In this document: one piece after another, positions 17,628 to 26,587 of the stretch | Layout of the letters: every line of letters begins with the position of its first letter | Numbering within the stretch: position 1 is the stretch's first letter | From: a virus | Lineage: Duplodnaviria; Caudoviricetes | Reading direction: 5' to 3' (one strand) | DNA length: 36,630 bases | IMG/VR virus record: IMGVR_UViG_3300010273_000005 | Span: 1-36,630 of that record | Made by a program: the position numbers and the translations under genes | The notes under the pieces: model-generated | Told to the model about the DNA's origin: nothing | The model's input: only the letters and a program-made list of their open reading frames with translations | The model's database searches: none

Positions 17628-17784
17628 AATCCTCTACGATTTCGAAATCTTCTGACGGATACAAGTAGTCTTCTCCAGTCTCGTCTACGATTCTGTACCA
17701 TCCTTTTTCCACCGACAATACTTCGTAAACCTTGCCGCTCAAAAGAGCTAACGGGTTGCTCTCACCGAGGAACTTAACTTTCAT
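17626..17784 (-). CDS. 52-aa acidic protein, candidate immunity protein (not in ORF track)
   Basis: SD AAGGTGG; MKVKFLGESNPLALLSGKVYEVLSVEKGWYRIVDETGEDYLYPSEDFEIVED*; start overlaps the end of the upstream ORF by 11 nt. Confidence 0.75.
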   Translation of the reverse strand: MKVKFLGESNPLALLSGKVYEVLSVEKGWYRIVDETGEDYLYPSEDFEIVED

Positions 17785-18139
17785 CAAACCACCTTTTGAC
17801 TTTCATTTGCACACGCCCAACGCCATCAGCTTCAAACCAGTGCAGTTCGGCGTGCCTGCTTTCGTCGCCATCATCAACATACCCGTCACCTCGAACTTTT
17901 CTCCATTCGCTTTCGGGAACGCCGTATTGACGACTAAGATACTTAGCAACTTCAACAGGCCTTTTTGTGCCTTTGCCGGCAAACACAACAACCTTTGTAA
18001 TTTTTGTGCCTTCTGTTATCTTTGAAAGCTTTCCGGACGGAAGTTTCACTGTGTCGCGGAAAGCTGCTGCGCCTAGGTTTCGGGGGATCTCAATATCCGA
18101 TAGTTTTATCTTATCACCGAATGGTGATTTGTCAACAAG
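17774..18139 (-). CDS. Candidate MuF C-terminal toxin domain, out of frame with MuF
   Basis: Open frame VDKSPFGDKIKLSDIEIPRNLGAAAFRDTVKLPSG...VVVFAGKG...WRKVRG...AELHWFEADGVGRVQMKVKRWF; no SD before GTG 18049; lower GC than the flanks. Confidence 0.65.
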   Translation of the reverse strand, partial: LVDKSPFGDKIKLSDIEIPRNLGAAAFRDTVKLPSGKLSKITEGTKITKVVVFAGKGTKRPVEVAKYLSRQYGVPESEWRKVRGDGYVDDGDESRHAELHWFEADGVGRVQMKVKRWFDES

Positions 18140-19152
18140 AGATCACGCCATTCCTCTAAGGTCATATCCGCCGGCACCAGCCGGTAGCCGCCCTTTCCTT
18201 CCTTCGCAGCGCGCATGCTGCCCTCGGTGACAAGGTCGTCGAACACCGCCACGGTGGTGCACCGGCAGCGGGGATGGAACGGCGGGTAGTTCTCGCCCAT
18301 TTGGGCGTCCTTCACGGCGTGCTGCTGCCCGTCTTTGGGGCCACAGGTTTTGCAGGTGCGCTCGTCCAGCTGAACGAGTATCTCGTACCGGTCGATGCCG
18401 CAGTCCTTGTAGCTCTGCAGTTCTGCGTCCTCCACAACGCGGGCGGTTTCGGTGCGGATGATGCGCTCCGCGGCGGAGAAGCTGACTCCCATTTTGTCCC
18501 GCAGGTTGCGCGTCATCTCGTCAATGCTTGTGCCGCGGATCAGGCCGACGGTGATGGTCTCCTTTAGCTCCCTCGCCAAAGCATCCGTGTTCGTCCAGAT
18601 GCGCTCCGAAAAAGACGCGCCGGACCACGGGTAGGCGCAGGCGTTGGCAACGTCCATAGGGTTCAGAAGCTCCAGCGTCTTGCCGAAACCCAGTGCCTTC
18701 TGGATGTTGTATGCAGTGCGGTAATAGCTCTTCTCATAGGTGCTGTGCAGGAGCTCGGTCACCATCTGTTCTTGTTTAGTGCGCAACTCTGCGACATTCA
18801 CCTTGATGGCTGCTTCCACCTGTTCCAGCCTCGTGACACGGGAGCGGGTGGACAGCGTATCGAACTCCCGAAGAAGTTCCTGGTCTCCCGTGGCCATGAT
18901 GCGCTCCACGTACTCCGCCACGGTCATGCGCCACTCTTTGTACTCGCTTTCGGCGATGGACTTGATGGCCTGCTCGAAGGTCAGGCCGTACTTGCCGGCG
19001 TAGCGGGCGTAGAGGCTTTCGATCTGCCCAAGCACCTGCCGTTCTGCGCGGTCGTACGCCTTCTGAAGCCCTTTCAGCACCTTGTCCGCGCTGGCCATGC
19101 CTGCGTCCATCACGGCGATGGCACGCTTTTCCCAGTACGCGGCGGATCTCAT
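18106..19152 (-). CDS. Minor head protein, MuF/SPP1 gp7 family
   Basis: AERIIRTE, LDERTCKTC, PPFHPRCRC and VPADMTLEEW motifs; follows the portal gene. Confidence 0.92.
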   Translation of the reverse strand: MRSAAYWEKRAIAVMDAGMASADKVLKGLQKAYDRAERQVLGQIESLYARYAGKYGLTFEQAIKSIAESEYKEWRMTVAEYVERIMATGDQELLREFDTLSTRSRVTRLEQVEAAIKVNVAELRTKQEQMVTELLHSTYEKSYYRTAYNIQKALGFGKTLELLNPMDVANACAYPWSGASFSERIWTNTDALARELKETITVGLIRGTSIDEMTRNLRDKMGVSFSAAERIIRTETARVVEDAELQSYKDCGIDRYEILVQLDERTCKTCGPKDGQQHAVKDAQMGENYPPFHPRCRCTTVAVFDDLVTEGSMRAAKEGKGGYRLVPADMTLEEWRDLLLTNHHSVIR

Positions 19153-20582
19153 TCTTCGTCACCATCGTCCTGATCGCCATAGGCGGCGCCAAACTGCTTC
19201 ACGGCTTCCTTCTTCTGCGCCTTGAGCCGTTTCAGCTCCTCCTGGGGATCGTCCACCCACGGGTGATTGGCGAGCACCGTCTCTTCGGAGAGAATGCCCA
19301 TGCTGTTGGCACACATGGAGATGGCGCTCTCCTCGTTAATGATGATATCTCTGTTGCAGATGATCTGGGCGGTGGCGTTCTCAAAGCTGCCCTTTCCGGT
19401 GTTGGCAAGGTGCGCCTTTACAAACCAGAGCAGCTCCTGAAACGCCACCTGGAGATTGGTCTCCAGCCCGTTGCAGTCAAGGTCCAGCTGGGCGTATTCG
19501 AACTTCAGCGCCTGGCCGCTGGTGGCTCCCGTCAGGCGTTCGTTTCGGGTATCCACACCGCGGCCGAAGGCGTAAATGTCCCTTCGGATGCGCTCAAGGT
19601 GCTGGTTGCTTGCCGTGACGTCCGGCGTGGTGTCCAGCGTGTCCACGCCGCCGTTGTCTGTCACCTTGACGGCCCGGTACAGCGCCATGTTGCGCCGAAA
19701 CTCGCCCAGATCGGCGCCGTCATAGTTCGTAAGTACGAACACCTTGTTGGGCTGGTCCTCCAGCATGTTAGCGTCGTCGCTGACGGTGCGATCGTACTCG
19801 TCCACCAGCGTTTTGACCTTGTGGAGCAAGGGGCGTTCCTCGTCGTTGTACTTTAGCGCCACAAAGGGCAGCTTCTGCCAGTTGAAGGGTTTGCCGTCCC
19901 CGGTTGTCATGTGCGCGCCGGAAGGAAGGTCGGGGTCTTCCGTCAATGCACCGTCTTTTTCCACCCAGCGCTGCACGCCGTCATCCGTCCACAGCTCCAC
20001 CTTGTGGATGATTTTACGGGTCTTCGCCTCCCAAACTTCCACGGGGTAAACGCGAATCATGCCGTTCAGGACGGTGTGCTCGTTGTCCGCCCAGAGAGGG
20101 ATCATCTCCTCCGGATCCATGCGCTTCACCTTGAATGCGCCTGCGGTATCGTAATAGACGTGCAGCCATGCGATGCCCTTGTTGATGGCATCTTTGGCAG
20201 CGCGCTTGAGCAGGTGGCGGAGGGATTCGTCGTCACCCAGGACTTCATAAATCGCCTTCACAAAAGCGTCGTTGTCGCTCTTGATGGAGAACGCCTTCCC
20301 CAGCAGGTACTGAGTCTTTTGGTCAACCAATTCCTGCATGAAGGCGTGAGCGATGCGGTTATTGGCGACGTTGTCAACTTCCATCAAGCGCCCGTCTTTT
20401 CCGATGGCCTTGCGCTTTCTGGTCAGGATGTCGTTTTCTGCCTCGTAGTAGCGCTGGCCGTCGAGCATGGCGGTTCGCCTTGGGGAACGGCGCCACGCTT
20501 CCAGCTCCATCTTCACGATCTCCGCAATGGATAAAGGCGCGTTCGCCCCGATGATTGCGTTGATCAGTTCCGTTTGGGTCAT
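19149..20582 (-). CDS. Portal protein, SPP1 gp6-like
   Basis: NNRIAHAFMQELVDQKTQYLLG, SGQALKFEY and LSEETVLANHPWVDD motifs; SD AAGGAG before ATG 20582. Confidence 0.92.
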   Translation of the reverse strand: MTQTELINAIIGANAPLSIAEIVKMELEAWRRSPRRTAMLDGQRYYEAENDILTRKRKAIGKDGRLMEVDNVANNRIAHAFMQELVDQKTQYLLGKAFSIKSDNDAFVKAIYEVLGDDESLRHLLKRAAKDAINKGIAWLHVYYDTAGAFKVKRMDPEEMIPLWADNEHTVLNGMIRVYPVEVWEAKTRKIIHKVELWTDDGVQRWVEKDGALTEDPDLPSGAHMTTGDGKPFNWQKLPFVALKYNDEERPLLHKVKTLVDEYDRTVSDDANMLEDQPNKVFVLTNYDGADLGEFRRNMALYRAVKVTDNGGVDTLDTTPDVTASNQHLERIRRDIYAFGRGVDTRNERLTGATSGQALKFEYAQLDLDCNGLETNLQVAFQELLWFVKAHLANTGKGSFENATAQIICNRDIIINEESAISMCANSMGILSEETVLANHPWVDDPQEELKRLKAQKKEAVKQFGAAYGDQDDGDEE

Positions 20583-20595
20583 GGTCTTCTCCTTC

Positions 20596-21819
20596 TCAAT
20601 CAAAGCTGATAGCCTGACGGCCGAAGGCGTATTGACAGGCGTATCTGTCGCGGTCACAGGTGTGGTCGTTCTCTTTCAGCGGCTTGTCTTCCCCGCGTTC
20701 TGTCGCCTTCGGATCCCATGCGTAGGTCAGCCTCTCCTGTCTGGTGTACTGACAGCCTGGGTCAATGGTGAACCGTCCCGCGGCAATCATTTGCGCCATC
20801 AGCCGGATACCGTCCAGAACGTCGTTTTTCGCGGGACGCACCGTCCAGCCGTCCTTTCTGAGCTGAGCGATGAAAGACGCTGCCGACGGGTCCACCACGA
20901 CGCAGCGGATGGACGTCTCGCCGATGAACGTCTTGAAATCCTGCGCATACTCGCCGTCCGTCTTCTGGCGCTGAGCCTTCCTGCCGTCGTAGTAGTACTC
21001 GCGAATCAGATGCATCGTCCGGCTGCTGCCGTCACCACGAACGCCGTACAGCCCGAAGGTGCAGGGGTTCTGGGTGCCGTAGTCGCAAGCGGCGAAATAC
21101 CAGGCAAACGGCCCGGGGTCTGCTTTGACCTGGGCCGGGCTGCTGTCATCGTACATGTCGAAGATCAGTCCTTCCGCCACGCACCACAGGCCGCGGATAA
21201 ACCGGTCATAGAACACGCCGGTGTACTCCTTCTTGAGGCTAGCGACATAGGCCGGATCCAAGAACGGGTTGTCGTCGATGGTGTACCGCTGCACCAGCAT
21301 ATCCAGCTCGTCACTGCGCTTGATGTACTTCTCCATCAGCCAGTGCTGGGGATTGTCCGGGTTGGTGGTGGCGAACAGCTTCGCGCCGGGAAGCGAAAGG
21401 CGGGACAGCAGCATGGAGAAAAAGTCCTCGGAGAACAGCGTAAGCTCGTCGCAATAAGCACCTTGCAGCGTCATGCCGCGGATTTTGCTCTCCGCCCTGG
21501 CGTCGTTCACGCCTTCCAAATAAACAAGCCGCCCGAACAGGCGGCCCTCTTTTTTGTTGAGGTTGTACTTGAAGTTCTTCGTCCCGACCAGGCTTTGAAG
21601 CAGATCGAGGCAGTTACGGCGAAGTGATGTAAGGGTCTTGGCGACCATCAGGTAACTGGCGTCGGCGGGCATTGTGCCCACCCAGAGCGCCCACACCAAT
21701 AGCGAAATCCACGTCTTTCCCGAACGCACAGAGCCTTCCAGAAGGTTGATCCTTCGCAGTTTGCCGTGCTTCAGAATCGAGACCAGCTCGGCTTGCTTTG
21801 CGGAGAACACATCATTCAA
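20596..21819 (-). CDS. terL: Terminase large subunit, PBSX family
   Basis: EGSVRSGKT Walker A, YCDE Walker B, TTNP, and nuclease motifs DYG...DPSA...DHTCD. Confidence 0.95.
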   Translation of the reverse strand: MNDVFSAKQAELVSILKHGKLRRINLLEGSVRSGKTWISLLVWALWVGTMPADASYLMVAKTLTSLRRNCLDLLQSLVGTKNFKYNLNKKEGRLFGRLVYLEGVNDARAESKIRGMTLQGAYCDELTLFSEDFFSMLLSRLSLPGAKLFATTNPDNPQHWLMEKYIKRSDELDMLVQRYTIDDNPFLDPAYVASLKKEYTGVFYDRFIRGLWCVAEGLIFDMYDDSSPAQVKADPGPFAWYFAACDYGTQNPCTFGLYGVRGDGSSRTMHLIREYYYDGRKAQRQKTDGEYAQDFKTFIGETSIRCVVVDPSAASFIAQLRKDGWTVRPAKNDVLDGIRLMAQMIAAGRFTIDPGCQYTRQERLTYAWDPKATERGEDKPLKENDHTCDRDRYACQYAFGRQAISFD

Positions 21820-22672
21820 CGCTCTTCACCGCCTCAAGCAGCCGGCTGAGATCTCCGTCGTCCGCTTCCGCGGCGGATCTCTTGCGTTCCAGTTCCAGCT
21901 TCGCCAGGTCGAAGGCCTTTTTGTGCTTGTCCATGGGGTTCAGCTCGAAGTAACGCTCCAAAAACGCCAGCGACCTTTGCCGATCTGCCAGCTTGATGCT
22001 CGCTCCGTCCCTGCCGAGCTTAACCTCCTGAACGATCTGGCCGTCCACTTCGGACGATTCCCGAAAGCGCACATCATTGACCTCGCGCATGAGCGGCTCC
22101 ATCTCTCCCGTTTCAGGGTTCTTGACCTCAACTGGCCCGAACGCCGACAAAACCGGCTCCTCGGTTCTGCCCCACTCGACGAAATCATCCAAACTGGCGA
22201 ACGCGATCCGCCAGTGCAGCGCCACGATGTCTTCGGCGTCCATAAGCATGGCTTCATTCCGCGCTTTTTTCAGGCGTTTGATCTCATCGCGAACACGAGG
22301 ATTAACTAGGAGCTTTGGCCCTTCCGCATTTGCCACTTCATAGCTGCACCCGTAAGCCTTTTGATACGATCGCGTCGCGTTGAAAGATTTTATGTAGTTC
22401 AAGCAAAAAGCCCGCTGCCTGTCGGTGAGATCCTCGTTCTCCTCCACCATGGCAACGAGCTTTGCGTCCATGCTTTTCGAAACGGAGCGCTCCTTTTTCG
22501 CGTTTCGGAACGCTCCTTTATCGGGCTGCTCCCATTTGTCCTCGCACTTCCACTTGCGGATGCGGCTTTCCGGCAGGCCCAGCTCCGCTGCGATGGATGC
22601 CAAAGTCCGGGCGGGATCTGCCTGCCATAACTCCCTGGCTTTGTCCCTGTTCGGGTTTCTGGGCCTTGCCAA
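21812..22672 (-). CDS. terS: Terminase small subunit
   Basis: N-terminal HTH (IAAELG...IRKWKCEDKW) plus LTDRQRAFCLNYIKSFNATRSYQKAYG Terminase_2 domain. Confidence 0.92.
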   Translation of the reverse strand: MARPRNPNRDKARELWQADPARTLASIAAELGLPESRIRKWKCEDKWEQPDKGAFRNAKKERSVSKSMDAKLVAMVEENEDLTDRQRAFCLNYIKSFNATRSYQKAYGCSYEVANAEGPKLLVNPRVRDEIKRLKKARNEAMLMDAEDIVALHWRIAFASLDDFVEWGRTEEPVLSAFGPVEVKNPETGEMEPLMREVNDVRFRESSEVDGQIVQEVKLGRDGASIKLADRQRSLAFLERYFELNPMDKHKKAFDLAKLELERKRSAAEADDGDLSRLLEAVKSVE

Positions 22673-22704
22673 TCCTCACCACCTCGTGCATAATTTCGTT
22701 CACT

Positions 22705-23409
22705 CTACACCGATTGCAGGCGCTCTATGCAAATAGCGCCGTATGCTTCGCTCAGTTCGATTCCCGTCGCGTCGTACCCTTCCAGGCGCGCCGCTTCCAA
22801 CGTCGTGCCGCTGCCCGCAAAGGGATCAAGGATATGGCTTCCCGGCTCACAGATACGCACCAGCTGGCGCATGAGCTCCAGAGGCTTTTGTGTTTGATGC
22901 ACCCTCTGACCGGCAGTGGGCATGGCGCAGCCGAACACGCCGGGGAGCACCGGCGCTTTTCTGTCTACCGGCATGGGGCCATTGCTGCCCCAGACGATGA
23001 ACTCGGCCTGCTGTCTGAAACGACCTTTCTGCGGCCGGCTGTTGAGCTTGTCCCACACGGCCACGCCGCGCCAGACCCAGCCCGCCCACTGGAGCGCATC
23101 CGTCAAACTGGGGAGCTGGCGCCAGTCGATGAACAACACGATGGGCGCGCCTATTTTGCACTTCTCCCGTGCGACACCCATCCATTCCGCCATCCAGCTG
23201 GTCCAGCTGCGCTGGTCCTTGTTGTCTCCCTCGAAGTCGGGATATGGACATTTTCCTTTTGTGGCGGTGTACTTGACGGCAGTGGACTGCAGAACTGCTG
23301 AACCGGCCCCGCCGGAGCTGTATGGCGGGTCGGTGATGATGCCTCCGAAGAACCCGTTGGGGAACTTTCTGATTTCCTGCAGGGCGTCGCCCCTGATGAT
23401 TTGAATCAC
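22705..23409 (-). CDS. Orphan DNA methyltransferase (N6/N4, beta class)
   Basis: DPPY precedes HQTQKP and DPFAGSGTT; start GTG 23409 after SD GAAAGGAG. Confidence 0.9.
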   Translation of the reverse strand: MIQIIRGDALQEIRKFPNGFFGGIITDPPYSSGGAGSAVLQSTAVKYTATKGKCPYPDFEGDNKDQRSWTSWMAEWMGVAREKCKIGAPIVLFIDWRQLPSLTDALQWAGWVWRGVAVWDKLNSRPQKGRFRQQAEFIVWGSNGPMPVDRKAPVLPGVFGCAMPTAGQRVHQTQKPLELMRQLVRICEPGSHILDPFAGSGTTLEAARLEGYDATGIELSEAYGAICIERLQSV

Positions 23410-23493
23410 GTTTCGCCTCTCCTTTCGGTTCGGCGGCGGCAGCGTGCGCAAGGTTACCGGGCAAGGGATGTGATGTGCACTGCGGCCGCATTG

Positions 23494-23575
23494 AAAAAGC
23501 CCGCAAAGGGTTACACCTTTACGGACCGACTTATGTGGTAGAATTATTGCACAAAACAACGTAGCAAAACGTAGC
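23494..23575 (-). promoter_or_regulatory. Putative activator-dependent late promoter with a downstream hairpin
   Basis: Minus strand: GCTACGTT direct repeats 10 bp apart (23575-23568, 23565-23558), then TGTG-C-AATAAT extended -10-like box, then a stem (23499-23526) with a T-tract. Confidence 0.6.
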
Positions 23576-23581
23576 TTGAAT

Positions 23582-24487
23582 CTACTGCTTGAGATACCAT
23601 TTTGCATACCTTCTCGATCCTGCTGGATATATGATTCCTTCTGCTTTCATTTTTTGAAGTAATTTGATACCTTCTTTTCTTTTTGCTTATCACTCAGCAC
23701 TGCTGATAAAGCACCTCTATCAAGCACATCCAATAGTTCTCTCATAGTTGATGGTTGAGTTTTTAGTGTGGTTTCAATTAGCTTTCTACAGATTATTTCA
23801 TCTAGTCCTCGATTGCTTATATATTTCGTCTTCTGACCAACAGCATCAGCAATTTTAAAGGAAACATAAATATTGGGATATCTTCCTTCAACCAATCCTT
23901 CTTTTTTTAAGGCTAAATAGTTCTCTTTTGAGATCCGTTTACCTTTCTGTACTTGATCAAGTAAAAAAACTGTCTGTAGATTAAGATCCACGTTGGCATG
24001 TAAAAGCTGTGTATAGTTTTTGTCGAGTATTTTACCATAAACCGTAACAATAACTCGATTTGGTGTTTCTAGATCATACGTTGGCAAAGGAAAACATTTT
24101 TTTCGTTGTATTTGATATATCATGGGAATACCCATTGAGTTTGCATCAATCATATATAAATTTGCCATGGCTCGGCTTAAAAAAGCGTTTCTATAATATG
24201 GAGGTTTATATCCTGGCTGCAAAGCCTTCTCGATTGAACCAGGAATGAAAGAACCTTCATTGATAAAAACAAGCCTATCTTCGAACTCTCCAACATTTAT
24301 CTTCCCTCTTATACGATAATCCGAATGAGCTATGCAATTATTGAGAAGCTCCTTTACTAGATCCGGATCATATTGGTTTACTTCCTCAGGAAAGAGTGTT
24401 TGCTGCGCTGCAATGTAACGATAGCGCTCATTTCTAATTTTTGCATATACTTTATCGACAGCGAGTATTAAAGGCATATCAAAATTT
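23582..24487 (-). pseudogene. 5'-truncated, frameshifted ATP-binding protein (HATPase_c_4/RecG C-terminal-like + wHTH; full-length members carry an AlbA/Schlafen N-domain)
   Basis: ELLNNCIAHSDY, NEGSFIPG and YYRNAFL motifs. No N-terminal domain or SD. A 1-nt shift near 23662 restores LLQKMKAEGIIYPAGSRRYAKWYLKQ*. Confidence 0.75.
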
Positions 24488-24622
24488 AGACCTGTTTGTC
24501 TGAAAACTTTTCGACAAAAATTAACAAATTTTTCTGGCCCATCTTTAAAAAACTAAGAAAGTACATTATAATTATATCATACAAAATGGTAATTATTTCC
24601 ATTTAGAAAGGAGATAGTTGCT

Positions 24623-24868
24623 ATGACCAAACGAGAAGCGCTCAAAAAAATGCGAGACATCATTCGATGTCTGGAACACCAACAAACGCTATCTACAGAC
24701 ACCTGCTCTATGGTAGCTGCGAAGAAGCTGGAGATGCTCGTGAAAGAGGCTCCAGCTTCTCTCGTTTATGACCTTTCCTGCATTCACAGCCAGCTTCTGC
24801 ACTCCAGTAAGGACGTAGGCAGTGTCCTCAACCGACTGAAGCAACTCCTACGTAACGAAGGGAGGTGA
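24623..24868 (+). CDS. Hypothetical protein
   Basis: Strong SD AGAAAGGAG; 81-aa helical ORF after an AT-rich leader. Confidence 0.7.
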   Translation: MTKREALKKMRDIIRCLEHQQTLSTDTCSMVAAKKLEMLVKEAPASLVYDLSCIHSQLLHSSKDVGSVLNRLKQLLRNEGR

Positions 24869-24874
24869 TTAACT

Positions 24875-25219
24875 GTGGCAGCGAGAACCAAGAGCGAGCC
24901 AGTTGAACCCAAGCAGTCTTTAGTAATCCCAGCAGGAAACACTCCGCCGGAACTACAAGCGTTGCGGTCGAAAAGAGATGCTTTCCGTGCTAACCTCCAG
25001 TACGCCATCAAGCAGGAGGAAGTCTACCGTGAGAAGTTTGAAGCTGGTGACGAAATGGCAGAACTAAAGATGCTAGAGCAACGATTACGAGTTGATTGGT
25101 ACTCAAAAAAGATTGCCGAAGTAGAGCAGGAAATCCAGCGATACTACCTCAAACGCAAAGCTGAGAAGAAAGAAACTGAGCCTGAACTGGAAAAAGCCAA
25201 GAAGGAAGGCGCTGCGTAA
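24875..25219 (+). CDS. Hypothetical coiled-coil protein
   Basis: SD GGAGGTGA before GTG; charged heptads; followed by GAAGGCGC/GCGCCTTC hairpin. Confidence 0.7.
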   Translation: MAARTKSEPVEPKQSLVIPAGNTPPELQALRSKRDAFRANLQYAIKQEEVYREKFEAGDEMAELKMLEQRLRVDWYSKKIAEVEQEIQRYYLKRKAEKKETEPELEKAKKEGAA

Positions 25220-25349
25220 GGAAAACGTGGCGCCTTCTGGTTTTTCTCTCTTGCAAACCAATTATACGACTCTATGCCCTACGGGACTTCCTTCGTCAAT
25301 ACTTTTTATACTCCGGTGCTAATTACAAACTTTCTTGGGAGGTGATTCC

Positions 25350-25574
25350 ATGCCAAAAGTGCGTACCTGTAAGACTTGCCCTCTCTACGATAGAGAGCTT
25401 TCTCGCTGCCGGATGGGTTTCGTTAACCCTTCAACTAAACGAGCCTCTACAAAAGCGATGGCTACTTACGGCAGCGATTACGTCTGTCACTACAACCGTT
25501 GGAAGAATTCTGGTACATTAAAGTATCAGCTTTATCTACAAGTAGCCCAAGCCACCTCGATTTACTTTCCGTAG
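25350..25574 (+). CDS. Small Cys-rich hypothetical protein
   Basis: SD GGAGGTGA before ATG 25350; CKTC...C...CH, possibly metal-binding. Confidence 0.65.
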   Translation: MPKVRTCKTCPLYDRELSRCRMGFVNPSTKRASTKAMATYGSDYVCHYNRWKNSGTLKYQLYLQVAQATSIYFP

Positions 25575-25611
25575 TTGACTTTCGTGATAGACTTTGATAT
25601 AATTTCTATCA
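25575..25611 (+). promoter_or_regulatory. SigA promoter with overlapping inverted-repeat operator
   Basis: TTGACT (25575-25580), 17 bp, TATAAT (25598-25603); TGATAGA (25585-25591) and TCTATCA (25605-25611) bracket the -10 box. Confidence 0.75.
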
Positions 25612-25641
25612 GAATACATCAAGTTGATTGAGGTGGTTTGT

Positions 25642-25854
25642 ATGGCTCCTCGGAAATCGGAACCACGCACTAAATTAGTAAGTGTTACTTTAACCGAAGA
25701 AGAATACGAGGCCGTTAAGAAAGCAGCGTTGATGACAGACCGCAGCCTAGCCGCCCTTGTCCGGTGGGCTGCAATAAAGTACCTTAGAGAGATAGACCTG
25801 CTTCCAAGCGGCGAGATTGAAATGGAGGAAACTAGTGATGAAGAGTTGGTATAA
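25642..25854 (+). CDS. Ribbon-helix-helix (CopG-like) regulator
   Basis: KLVSVTLTEEEYEAVKKAALMTDRSLAALVRWAAIKYL; SD GAGGTGG. Confidence 0.8.
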   Translation: MAPRKSEPRTKLVSVTLTEEEYEAVKKAALMTDRSLAALVRWAAIKYLREIDLLPSGEIEMEETSDEELV

Positions 25855-26587
25855 GATTGTTATACCAGTGGTAATAGTTGTTGCCGCTGTCGGCGGATAT
25901 TTAATTTTTTCAAAGCCTCAAGTGGTAACACAACCAGCAAAGAATAACCAAGTACAGGAAGTAGATAAAACAGCTTCTGAAAATACTTCCGCTGCTCAAG
26001 AAGCTGCGTCTGCGGATACGCCGGATATTGTTATCAGCAAAGAAAACCTCCATATGTCAGATGTTCCCCTACCCGATAAAAATGTGGTGGAAAAAGTTCA
26101 AGCTGAACTGTTTAAGGACGTTAAAAAGGAAGACCTAGAAAAAGCAAAAAAGACCGTTCACGAACTACATATGTCTTTCGAGTCCGGTTTTGTTTATGAA
26201 GCAGAAAACTGGATTAAAAAGTACAGCGACCCTAACAGTCCGGGTTGGGTCTTCTGGGAGAAAACCGGCACAATCGAAATCCCCGATTACACCGAAAAGG
26301 TGTATAACGAAAAGGACGGTAAATGGTATATCCAACAACTTGAAGAAGTTAAAACCACTTTCGCTGGTAAAACAGCCTTCGCTGACGATATTACTAAAGC
26401 TCAAGAACTGATAGACGAAGCCGTGAAGAACCACGACATCAAAAGTCTGTGGTATGCTCATCAGGTGTTGCATGACATCGACTATTGGGTATTAAATTAT
26501 CCTATTCAATATCCAAAGGGTGTAGCTGCTCCTCCCGATTGGAAGGGTGTGGAGACGTATTTTGGGACGATAGGTGTTATAGATTAG
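25838..26587 (+). CDS. Membrane-anchored/secreted hypothetical protein
   Basis: SD GGAGG; N-terminal TM IVIPVVIVVAAVGGYLIF, low-complexity linker, helical domain with HQVLHDIDY. Confidence 0.75.
   Translation: MKSWYKIVIPVVIVVAAVGGYLIFSKPQVVTQPAKNNQVQEVDKTASENTSAAQEAASADTPDIVISKENLHMSDVPLPDKNVVEKVQAELFKDVKKEDLEKAKKTVHELHMSFESGFVYEAENWIKKYSDPNSPGWVFWEKTGTIEIPDYTEKVYNEKDGKWYIQQLEEVKTTFAGKTAFADDITKAQELIDEAVKNHDIKSLWYAHQVLHDIDYWVLNYPIQYPKGVAAPPDWKGVETYFGTIGVID

Noticed and set aside
20467-21627. 386-aa plus-strand ORF and similar ORFs at 15581-16540 and 32974-34254
   Set aside because: Antisense shadows of terminase, capsid and RecT genes in high-GC DNA.
23410-23607. N-terminal extension of the methylase in the ORF track
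   Set aside because: It runs through the promoter and hairpin; a strong SD supports GTG 23409. Similar over-long starts were trimmed for the portal, RusA, RecT and head-closure genes.
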